Shown: in pieces, positions 11,810 through 21,775 of the stretch
Layout: every line of letters starts with the position of its first letter
How positions within the stretch are numbered: the stretch's first letter is position 1
Notes under the pieces: generated by a model
What the model was told of the DNA's origin: nothing
The model's input: only the letters and a program-made list of their open reading frames with translations
Databases searched by the model: none
Program-made: the position numbers and the translations under genes
Origin: Squalus acanthias
Taxonomy: Eukaryota
Reading direction: 5' to 3'
Length of the DNA stretch: 64,000 bases
Assembly (NCBI GenBank): GCA_030390025.1
Contig: CM059432.1
Coordinates: 38,132,001 to 38,196,000 of the forward strand

Positions 11810-12944
11810 ATTATTTTTAATGAATTGTGAAGCATTGCATAACTACTGGGTTAAAGATTGCTTTTCTATTTTTAAATTTAAATTTGCCCAAATCACAATT
11901 ACAGTAGCAATCTGCCTGGCAATATAGGTATAGTATAGTAGATGTAAATAAATCCAGGCTGAGGAATCTAGATAGCAAAAGGTTAAGGTCCGTATGAATG
12001 GAGAATAAGGCATTTGCTATGCAGAAGATAATTTCATTTTAAGAGCAAGAAGTGGTTCCCCACTGCCTGGGTGAATAAGTGCATAGTGTAGTACTGAGCC
12101 ATGAGAACAAGAAGATCCAGCATTCAATTGCTGGGTACTGGTGAGCTAGCTGAGTTTAGCCAGACAGGATGATGGGGAAGCTATAATTAGTTACAGAGCC
12201 CTCGGGCTAGCTAAGTAAAAACATCAGTCCAGGGTTTCTGCTCTTGATCATCATACATTGACTCCCACTGACGTGTGTATGTATGGATGTTGAACAATGA
12301 TGATCCCCAGAGTGGAATCGCCTGGCAACGCTCACTCACCATGTTGACTCCTACATGAAAATAAGCACTTCGGTGAAGTACCGGACAGTCATGGATCCAT
12401 ACCCAGCATGCCACCACCTAGAGTAAGGGGATAAAGCTAGATGCAAAATTGTAGGAGAAAAAAAATCAAAAAGAAGACCAACTGATTTGATCCCCTCAAA
12501 CTGATGCATTGCCAATCTCAACTATGCTGCTGTGGTGAGGAAAAATTAAAGGGAGAAAAGAGTCATCCCCAGACTGTTGATAAGTGCTTCCAGCACCAGG
12601 CTCAGACAGTGTTGGTAGGGGCCTGCGTTTTCAGCTGCAGCTGGTATATGATCCATGGAGACGACCAGGATTGGGGGTTGGCGAATACTACCCTAAATAT
12701 TATTCTTCATATATCATGATTACTTCTTCTGATGTTGTATCTTTTTAAGACAAAGAAAGGAGCTGTTTGCTTAAGGTTCAAAGTATAGAATGAAACAAGC
12801 CTGCTAAAGTGTACAGCATTCTTTGCAGCCAAATCCAACCAGTAATGTTTGGTACAATGCAAAAAGCTTAACATTAGCTCACATAGTGGCTACTGCGCTT
12901 TTAAAATGGTCTTTGCGCTTGCCTAGTGATACTTATCGTAAGTT

Positions 12945-13165
12945 AAGAAAGAAAGAACTTGCATTTATATAGGTACTTTCAGATCCTCAGGACATCTCAA
13001 AGTGCTTCACAGACAATGAAGTACTTTTGAAGTGTAGTCACTGTTGTAATGTAGGGAAATGTGGTAGCTAATTTGCTCACAGCAAGTTCTCACAAACAGC
13101 AATGAGATAAATGACCAGATAATCTGTTTTGGTGATGTTGGTTGTGGGTCAAATTTGGCCAGAAC
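12945..13165 (-). mobile_element. DeuSINE-like SINE 3' part (5' part probably at about 14640-14750)
   Basis: AAAGAACTTGCATTTATATAG tail and Deu-domain motifs. Confidence 0.65.
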
Positions 13166-13167
13166 AC

Positions 13168-14590
13168 CTAGAGAACATAAGAATGTAAGAAATAGGAGCA
13201 GGAGTAGGCCATTTGGCCCTTCGAGCTTGCTCCGCCATTCAATAAGATCATGGCTGATCTTTTACCTCCATTCCACCTTCCCGCACTATCCCCATATCCC
13301 TTAATTCCCTTTGTTCCCAAAAATGTATCGACCTCTGTCTTGAATATACTCAATGACTGAGCATCCACAGCTTTCTGGGGTAGAGAACTCCAAAGATTCA
13401 CAACCCTTTGAGTGAAGAAATTTCTCCTCATCTCAGTCCTAAATGGCCTACCCCTTATTCTGAGACTGTGACCCCGTGTTCTAGATTCCCCAGCCAGGGG
13501 AAACATTTTCTCAGCATTAACCCGGTCAAACCCCTTAAGAATATGTTTCAATTAGACCACCTCTCATTCTTCTAAACTCTAAGGAATATAGGCCTAGTCT
13601 ACTCAATCTCTTCGCATAGGGCAATCCCCTCATCCCAGGAATCAATCTAGTGAACCTTTGTTGCACTCCCTCTAAGGCAAGTATGTCTTTCCTTAGGTAA
13701 GGAGACCAGAACGGTACACAGTACTCCAGGTGTAGCCTCACCAATGCTCTGTATAATTGTAGTAAGACTTCTTTACTCTTATACTCTAGCCCCTTTGTAA
13801 CAAAAGCTAACACACCATTTGCTTTCCTAATTGCTTGCTGTACCTGCATGTTAACTTTCTGTGATTCATGTACAAGGACACCCAGGTCCCTCTGAGTGCA
13901 AACATTTCCCAGTCTCTCACCATTCAAAAAATATTCTGCTTTTTTGTTTTTCCTACCAAAGTGGATAACTTCACAATTCCCCACATTGCATTCCATTTGC
14001 CATGTTCTTGCCCATTCAGTCAACCTGTCTATATCTCTCTGTAGCCTCGCTGCATCCTCCTCACAGCTTACTTTCCCACCTAACTTTGTATCATCAACAA
14101 ACTTGGATATGTTACACTCAGTCCCTTCATCTAAGTCATTAATATAGATTGTAAATAGCTGAGGCCCAAGCACTGATCCTTGCGGTACCCGGCTAGTTAC
14201 AGCCTGCCAACCTGAAAAAGTCCCGTTTATTCCTATTCTCTGTTTTCTGTCCATTAACCAATCCTCTATCCATGCTAATATATTACCCTCAATACCATGA
14301 GCCCTAATTTTGTGTAATAACCTCTTGTGTGGCACCTTATCGAAAGCTTTTTTAAAATTCAAATACACTACATTCTCTGGTTCCCCCTTATCCATCCTTC
14401 GAAAAACTCTAACAGATTTGTCAAACATGATTTTCCTTTCATAAAACCATGTTGACTCTGCCTAATCATATTATGATTTTCTAAGTGCCCTGTTACCACG
14501 TCCATAATAATAGATTCTAGCATTTTGCCTACTACTGATGTCAGGCTAACTGGCCTATAGTTCCCCATTTTTTCTCTTCCTCCTTTCTTA
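13168..14590 (-). mobile_element. CR1 LINE 3' half (RT) with frameshifts
   Basis: ORFs 14368-14568, 13535-14428, 13168-13551; (TTCTTATG)-type tail. Confidence 0.92.
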
Positions 14591-14964
14591 CAATTGGCAG
14601 CTCCTCTGCTTTCATCTATTCATGTTCTGGGTTATTTTACATCCACAGGGCTTTGGTTTAATATCTCATCTGTAAGAAGACACCTCTGACAATGCAGCAC
14701 TCCCTCAGTACTGCACTGAAGTGTCAGCCTTGTGTATGTGCTCAAGTCCCTGGTTTGTTTTGCAGCATTGCATGATTTAGTCTACCAACTATTCATTCTC
14801 TGGTTTCAAAGATTAATTTCTGTGAAGCACAAAGGGTAGTGTGGATTTTCTGGCTCTTTTCATTCTGTCTGCCCAGTCACATCTACCTGATGGAATTTGT
14901 ATTTTCTTTTAGAGATGCATGGAGCAGGTAGAAAAAAAATGAAAATTCTTTGGGCCAGATAGAA

Positions 14965-17766
14965 TTAGTCTGGGTTGTTTGCAGCACACACGAGACAGTT
15001 TGCACAGAACTCGCGGACCTGTTCCCTGAGCCCTGGCCACCATCCCGCTTGCTCTACCCGTTGCCAGGTAACCTCGGGCCCGGGGTGCCCTGCCCCTGGT
15101 CCCTCGTGAGCCAACTGGAGGAATTCCCTCCTGTGCTGCTGCGGCACAACCCACTGCTCCTCGCGGAACAGCATGCCTTCCTTAACTGAGAGGGTTGCCG
15201 TACTGTACGGACCCTCTACTTGCTTCCCCTCAGCAATGGTTTTTAGGACTGTTTTTAGGGCGGGATCCTGGGTTTGGACGGTCTTAAGGTCTAGGGGCAA
15301 TGCTACCCTGGAGTTCCCGGGATTCCCGTCCCTGCCTTGGATCGCTGCCATGGGTCTGGTCCCATAGGGGTCCCAGAAAATGCCGTCGCGGGCACCTTCC
15401 CTGGCTAGCGCATCCGCCTGTTGGTTGCCCTCCCCACGGGGCTCTGTGGAGGAGTGAGCCTTCACCTTATGGATGAAAATCTCCCCTTCCTCCCCTACTG
15501 CTGCTAGGATCTTTTCCAGCAAGGGCTTCACCGTTAAAGGTCGCCCGTCCGCGGAGGTGTATCCACGGCGGGACCAAATGGCCAGGTATTCCGTACACGA
15601 ATTGCAGGTGAACATACTGTCCGAGCAAATCGTGTATGGGGTTGGGAAAATGTCTGGGTGGGTAACAACGTACACCACGGCAGACAGCTCAGCCTGCTGC
15701 GCGCTCATGGTGCTAGGGAGCTTGATCGCCAGGGCAAGGTTTGCCGCAGGGTCATAAACTCCACACCCTGTGAGTCGTTCGCCAGCAGATACTGTGCTAG
15801 ACCCATCAACATAAATCTCGCGCCCAGTGGGATGTATCCCGGCCCGCAAGCCTATGTTGACGTCCCACACCCCTTCCACCGAACATCGGTGGGCTGTACC
15901 GGGGTATACCAAATTGGCCGCAAGCCTGGGCTCGCAAAGACCTTTAACTCTAAGATCCATCTGGGAAAGAAGAAGGGTCCAGCGCGCAATACGCACGCTG
16001 CTTACGGTCCCATCTTTAATCCTCCCATCTAGAAGCATCTTAGTTGGTGTGTGATGGGTGAGGAGAGTGATGGGAGAGAGCCCTGTGAAGATCGCTGATC
16101 TTTTCACAGCCCAATGCGTGGCTAAAAGGTGCCTTTCGCAATTGGAGAAACTTCTCTCCACATCCGTTAACACCCTGGATGAATAGACAACCGGCCTCAG
16201 CTTGCCGTGACGCTCTTGGAGCAGCACAGCGCTCAAGCTGTCCCCGCTGGCAGCTACCTTCAGGAAAAACTCCTTCCCCCCATCTATGGCCCCTAAAGCT
16301 GGCGCGGTCTGCAGATCCCTTTTTAACTTCTCGAAGGCTGCTTGGCAGCCCTCGTCCCAAGACCACTCCACTCCCTTATGGAGGAGTCGGAGGAGCGGCG
16401 CCGCTGTGGCCGCATAGTCTTCGATAAAATCCCTGCAGTAACCGGTCAGTCCCAAGAAGGACCTCACACCCCTTATGGTGTTGGGAATCGGTAACTCTTG
16501 CACCGACTCCCTCCTAGCTTTATCTATGGCTCTTTCCCCAGCGCGAATGGTCAGTCCCAGGAATTTTACTTCCTGCTGACTGATACGTGCTTTCTTAGGA
16601 TTTATTTTAAAACCCTTTCTCGCTAGCAGCTCCAATAACTCGTCCAGCAGTGGTCCATGCTCCTCCCTTGAATCCGTAAATAGGAGCAAATCATCCACGT
16701 ACTGCACTATCTGATTGGGCTGACTAAACTCCTTTAAACTTCCTGCCATACACTGATGGAAAATACTGGGGCTATTGTGGAAACCCTGTGGCAGACAGTT
16801 CCATGTGTACTGTTGTCCTTTGAAAGTAAAGGCAAACTTGTACTGGTCCTCTCGCCGCAGCGGGATGGACCAAAAACCGTTCGAGATATCCAGCACCGTG
16901 AACGTGGTCGCGGACGCTGGGATACTCCCTATTAGGTCAGCAACTGCTGCTACCGTGGGCGCGCAGGCGGGAATGTTACTGTTAAGGACTCTGTAGTCCA
17001 CCGTGGCCCTCCACGAATTATTCGGCTTCCTAACCGGCCATAATGGGGAGTTCACGTGTGTGGCTATCGGCCTCAACACGCCCTGCTGCACCAAGGAGGA
17101 CATTGCTGTCTCCATATCGGGTTCTGCTTCTTTGGGGAAGTTATACTGCTTTTGGGGCCGGGTCATGGGGTCCCCATCTACGCTGACCTCAAACCCGGTA
17201 ACCCTCCCACAATCGTGCTTGTGGGTTGCAAACGCGTGCATATTATCTGACACGTACGCTTGCATGTCCGTTGGGACATCTGCGACCATAAGCCCGAGGT
17301 CGTAGCCTCCGGATGGCTGCATGGTACACAGGACCCCTGTTTCTTCCTCCCCCGGAATTACCACTACCTCGCCCTTTTCACTCTTAGCCCCCCAGAGACA
17401 ATGATTTCTGAGGTCCACGAGGATCCCGTGTCCTGATAGAAGATCGGACCCGAGGATACCTCTTCCACCCCCCTCCTGCCATTCCATCAGTATGCACTTC
17501 CACTTGACGTGCAGTGCCCCCAAACGAATGGACAGCGGAAAAGAGAACGCGCCAGCCTGTTCTTTTCCCGTGAACCCCGCTAATGTGAATGGAACCTTGG
17601 TAGATAGCGGTGAGTCAAAAGGGCTATCTGTATGAATCACGGTGCAAGAAGCTCCCGTGTCCAACAAATAACTACCCTTCTGTTTCTCTACCTCCATCTC
17701 CACCAAGGGTCGCTTCCACGCATCATAGCTGAGCGGACACAGGTTGACGGGCTGCGCGGGCTCTAG
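14965..17766 (-). CDS. pol: Pol: protease, RT, degenerate RNase H (tether), RNase H, integrase N-terminal zinc finger (truncated)
   Basis: LLDTGAS; WPVRK, DISNGFW, LPQGFHNSP, YVDD; YVDGS, SAQQAEL, KVKAH, GNQQAD; H-H-C-C at the end; frame open up to the gag stop. Confidence 0.92.
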   Translation of the reverse strand, partial: LEPAQPVNLCPLSYDAWKRPLVEMEVEKQKGSYLLDTGASCTVIHTDSPFDSPLSTKVPFTLAGFTGKEQAGAFSFPLSIRLGALHVKWKCILMEWQEGGGRGILGSDLLSGHGILVDLRNHCLWGAKSEKGEVVVIPGEEETGVLCTMQPSGGYDLGLMVADVPTDMQAYVSDNMHAFATHKHDCGRVTGFEVSVDGDPMTRPQKQYNFPKEAEPDMETAMSSLVQQGVLRPIATHVNSPLWPVRKPNNSWRATVDYRVLNSNIPACAPTVAAVADLIGSIPASATTFTVLDISNGFWSIPLRREDQYKFAFTFKGQQYTWNCLPQGFHNSPSIFHQCMAGSLKEFSQPNQIVQYVDDLLLFTDSREEHGPLLDELLELLARKGFKINPKKARISQQEVKFLGLTIRAGERAIDKARRESVQELPIPNTIRGVRSFLGLTGYCRDFIEDYAATAAPLLRLLHKGVEWSWDEGCQAAFEKLKRDLQTAPALGAIDGGKEFFLKVAASGDSLSAVLLQERHGKLRPVVYSSRVLTDVERSFSNCERHLLATHWAVKRSAIFTGLSPITLLTHHTPTKMLLDGRIKDGTVSSVRIARWTLLLSQMDLRVKGLCEPRLAANLVYPGTAHRCSVEGVWDVNIGLRAGIHPTGREIYVDGSSTVSAGERLTGCGVYDPAANLALAIKLPSTMSAQQAELSAVVYVVTHPDIFPTPYTICSDSMFTCNSCTEYLAIWSRRGYTSADGRPLTVKPLLEKILAAVGEEGEIFIHKVKAHSSTEPRGEGNQQADALAREGARDGIFWDPYGTRPMAAIQGRDGNPGNSRVALPLDLKTVQTQDPALKTVLKTIAEGKQVEGPYSTATLSVKEGMLFREEQWVVPQQHRREFLQLAHEGPGAGHPGPEVTWQRVEQAGWWPGLREQVREFCANCLVCAANNPD

Positions 17767-19575
17767 TCATTGGGTATGGTTAGACGGTCCTGCGGCACCT
17801 ACGGGGCCGGTAGCAACCGCCACCTTTCCATGTGCACTCATGAAGTTACGCATGGCTCCCAATACTGATTCGAGGTCGTTGGAAGGGGTGGGTGCACTAG
17901 CTTCCCTAGCAGAGACAGGCATCTGGGCTCGGGCTGCGGGATTTTTATCCCTGGAATCCTTCCAAGGGTTCCTACAGTTCTTGCGCCAGTGCCCTGTCTT
18001 CCCACACCCGTAACAAGCATTAATTGCCTGCGGGGCGCGATTACCCTCCTGATGCCACTCCCTTTGATACGGGGCTGCGGGCCGTACCTCATGTACTTTT
18101 CCCTTAAGGGGACGGGTTCCCATACCCCTTATATTGCGATATCCTATCGTGAGTCGATTCAAAACCGACTCTTCCGTAATGTTGGGGTCATTGGGATCAA
18201 ACCACGCTTTTGCCTGCTCTCTGACGGCTGGTAAACTGTTGGCTACTATGCACCTAAGCCAATGATTTAAACCGGCGCCGTCCATATCGTCGCGCTCTAG
18301 CGTACCTGGACAGCTGCGCTGATATACTGGCCACAGCCTGTCGGCAAAAACCTTCGGGGGTTCTCCCTCCATCTGCACTGTCTGTCCCACTCTAGCAAAC
18401 GGACCTTCATCGTCCGCCCCCAACACTTCTAGGACCTCATTTTTCAATGCCTCATAAGTCTTGGTTCCCCTCTTGCTCTCGTCCGAGAGACACTGAAGGA
18501 TTGAACTGCCTAACGAAAATAACAGCATTTTTGCTGTTTCCCCATCATCGCAGCCGTTGATGGCTGCGGTTTGCTCAACTTCTCTGAAATGTACGGAAGG
18601 GTCGTCTGTCTCGGTCAGCTTCCGTACGTGATTTATCATAACTCTCAGCTGGTGTGAGCTGTGAGGCAACACAAGCTGGCCGAGGAGATCCCCTGGTTCC
18701 TCCCCACCGTTTCTGTTTGGGCCCCTTTTTATACCCGTAACTGGATACAACGGTCCCTTTTCCACTTCTTTCTCAGTGGGCTCTTTCGTTTCTTCCACTA
18801 CTTCCGCCCTTACCCAGGTTTCCGAATAGCTGGGTGGCGCGGAGGGCGCAGTGGCTAATACTTCCTCTGCTTTACTTGGTGGGGATTTCTGAAACTCCTC
18901 ATTTACTAGTGGCTGGTGTGCTGACGGACTGATAAGGCACACCATGCCGTGCGCTTTGTTCACGGCCTTTTTGAGGTGCTCTATCTCTTTTTGGCAGGCG
19001 CTATGATCGGCCCCCTGAAACTTATCCTCAAGGGCCAACTTATATGCCGCCCTAACCCCCGTTAAGCTCTCTTCCTGGGTTCTTATCTGGGCAGCTTGGC
19101 GGGCACATCGTTCCTTTAGTCTGCCCTCACTTAACTTTGCCTCAGTGACCTGGCACTCGAGGTAATCTATCCTTGTTTTATGGTGACTGGTGATTTCCTG
19201 GCGTTCTTGGTGCAGCGCACTTAAATTCCTAATGAGCAATTCCCCTCCAGAGACCTTCTCATCCATTTCCCCCTCTAAATGCCTGATCCGAGCTGTTAGC
19301 GCTGTAATGACCTGGTTTGAAATCTGGACCTGCCTTTTGTAACACATTAGCCAGACTGCTTTCTCGATTGTCTTTTTATGTTCCTTACTTTCCGTCCACC
19401 TTTCGGCTGCCTCTAGTGGACTCTTATCCGCTAACAATTCACTTATCCATTTCTTAGTTAGATTAACCTTTCCGAACACATAATCTGCTATCTTTTCCTG
19501 CATAACATTTCGTACAGTCACACCAAAGTCTAACACACTACCCTCTCGCTGCCAGTGTCCTGCCGCGGTCGCCAT
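17767..19575 (-). CDS. gag: Gag: coiled coil, PSAPPSY late domain, CCHC zinc knuckle
   Basis: 602-aa ORF directly upstream of pol; CYGCGKTGHWRKNC. Confidence 0.88.
   Translation of the reverse strand: MATAAGHWQREGSVLDFGVTVRNVMQEKIADYVFGKVNLTKKWISELLADKSPLEAAERWTESKEHKKTIEKAVWLMCYKRQVQISNQVITALTARIRHLEGEMDEKVSGGELLIRNLSALHQERQEITSHHKTRIDYLECQVTEAKLSEGRLKERCARQAAQIRTQEESLTGVRAAYKLALEDKFQGADHSACQKEIEHLKKAVNKAHGMVCLISPSAHQPLVNEEFQKSPPSKAEEVLATAPSAPPSYSETWVRAEVVEETKEPTEKEVEKGPLYPVTGIKRGPNRNGGEEPGDLLGQLVLPHSSHQLRVMINHVRKLTETDDPSVHFREVEQTAAINGCDDGETAKMLLFSLGSSILQCLSDESKRGTKTYEALKNEVLEVLGADDEGPFARVGQTVQMEGEPPKVFADRLWPVYQRSCPGTLERDDMDGAGLNHWLRCIVANSLPAVREQAKAWFDPNDPNITEESVLNRLTIGYRNIRGMGTRPLKGKVHEVRPAAPYQREWHQEGNRAPQAINACYGCGKTGHWRKNCRNPWKDSRDKNPAARAQMPVSAREASAPTPSNDLESVLGAMRNFMSAHGKVAVATGPVGAAGPSNHTQ
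19558..19574 (-). promoter_or_regulatory. Putative primer-binding site overlapping the gag start codon
   Basis: TGGCGACCGCGGCAGGA begins after a 5-nt spacer following the LTR end; partial similarity to recalled tRNA-Ser 3' ends. Confidence 0.45.
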
Positions 19576-19579
19576 TTTC

Positions 19580-21203
19580 TGTAAGGGTTTCGACGTGTCT
19601 CTCAGCCTGTGAGATTGGCGTGGCTCTGTGCAGCCTGTATGTCAGTGCGGGTTTAGGCCTTGTTGCCTGTTCTGGTCTCCAGCCAGTCTGGGAGCACTAG
19701 ACACACCTGTGAGTGGTTCGAATCACTCGCCCTTACGGTTCTAGACACTGGACTTAGATGCGAGAGCAGTAATGGAGATGAAACTCAGGTAGACTCGGTT
19801 GAATGGTACGAAATGGAAAATCTTTATTGCATAATACTTAAGATTACGAAATACATGTCATAAGCACAGATTAACGACAGTACAATCTTACACGCAGTTA
19901 TGTAACTAATTTCAGGGAAACGAGGAACGAACGACACACCGTAAATGGGGGCACACATTACAATTATCCTTAATACTTAAACCCTCCCCTATCAATACCT
20001 ATTCTAAACTAGATTCGTAGGATTCGAGACTCATGCTCACCACTCGTGATAACTCGGAGAAATTCCGAATAGCTGATCGGATGTTTTCACCGCAGCACCC
20101 ACGTGTCGATCAGGGGGTCTCCTGGTCCCACTTGTTTACTTGTTTCTGCTCCGGCTAGAAGGCTAGGACGTCTGCTGTCATGAAGATCTGTATTGGTGGG
20201 TTTCACATTCCAGTCAACACTTAAGAAAAGAATTTTCCGGTGTCCGTTCCTTAAAGTTCAAAGAAGTCTTCCTGGCAAGGAAAATGTCAATTCGACCTAC
20301 AGGCGCGGTCGGGGCTTACTGACCGTGGCGATAAGTATGGTCTTCGTCTCTTCCCATCTCATCTCATCTCATCTCTTCTCGGGCCTTTGGTTCCGATACC
20401 GGTTACCAATACAGGTCTTCGCGACCCGACACGAGGTAGATCCGAGCGGATCACAAAGTTCAACAGTCTTTTAAAAGAGACACGAGGCAAGCAGGAACAA
20501 GACGGCAAGTCAAAAGCACAGGAGCAGCCACGAGGATGAACGCCAGCAAGATACGAAGATAAGAGCATAAGAGAGAGATGGACGGTTGGAGCTTGTAATT
20601 ATAGTACAAAATCTTCCGTTTCCCGCCCAACCTTAATGTCTTTTCTTTTGTTAGGGTTTGGCGCTCAAATGTCTTGTATAGGTGATCTCCGTTTTTAATG
20701 GGTTTCGGGGCTACTCGTAAATGTCTGAGTACCTGTTAATATTTCTCCCATTGTTTAATCGGTCGGTGTTCTCCCTGGAGGGGTTTTGGGGCCTCCAAGT
20801 GTTTTCTGTAACTACCCGCTAACGGCTCTCTCATCGTAGAGTCGTTGGGATTTTACATATTAATGTCTTTGGATGGGTTCTTGATTACTGGGTACAATAG
20901 CCTTCATTCGTACCTGGGAGACCGATTTCAGTATCTATGTGTATACTACAAACCCAAGATGTCTCGTGTATTATCTTCAATGTGCTGAATCTTAATCGAT
21001 CTTGCACAAATGTTTATTGGAACGCCATCTTGTCTGCCTGTCGAAAAGTCTAGAATGTTCCGCCACGAGGTGCGGCGGCCACTTTACAAGCTGCTTGTGT
21101 CCACTTTGAAACCTGACAGCATTCTGCTGAAATAAAAGCTGTTTGAACGAAACTATGTGTTTTCTCCTTATTAATAAAATCGCGATATATTGCGAATTCT
21201 ACA
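19580..21203 (-). repeat. 5' LTR (about 1.6 kb)
   Basis: TGTA...TACA termini; boundaries set by homology to solo LTR 24285-25939; TATA-like near 20600, AATAAA at 19828-19823. Confidence 0.85.
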
Positions 21204-21775
21204 TTACTCTCCCTCACACCATATTAGATAGGGATGTTCATTCAATTTTCTGGCTGGCACTAGAACCAACAGAATGCAAGCTTTCGGTGCAGTAACTTTA
21301 TGCCAATTGTAATCATAAGCATAAATGAAAATCTTATGCTATAGCCAGGACTTTGTCATGAGGCGAAGTTTCTTACAATCCTTTCAAAAATCTGGACACC
21401 AGGATGAGTTCAACTAAGCTGCTTAGAGGGAGTGGCATTGTGGCATTATCATACACAGCTCCTGAACTGTGTTTAAAATATTCACCGAATAGATTTTGTA
21501 CCTGTCACCATTTCAGCAATAACAAACACAACAGAATATCTTCTCTATCCAAACATTAGATCGCAAATCTCTTCCCTGTTCTATTATAAGCCACAATACC
21601 ACATAATGCTATCATCTGAATTGCTAACTCTTTGAATGGCCATGTACAGGAAGGGTCTTAAAACTCTACTTTGGAGGCAGATCCTTCCTGTGTGACATTT
21701 TACCAGGAAGAATAGGGAATCTGAGAAACATAAGGGTTAAAATCACCTTGTGCAATAACAACAACTTGCATTTAT

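Larger units (their letters stand above)
14965..21203 (-). mobile_element. Endogenous retrovirus-like element, 3'-truncated within integrase
   Basis: 5' LTR, putative PBS, gag and pol in order; no env or 3' LTR seen. Confidence 0.88.
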
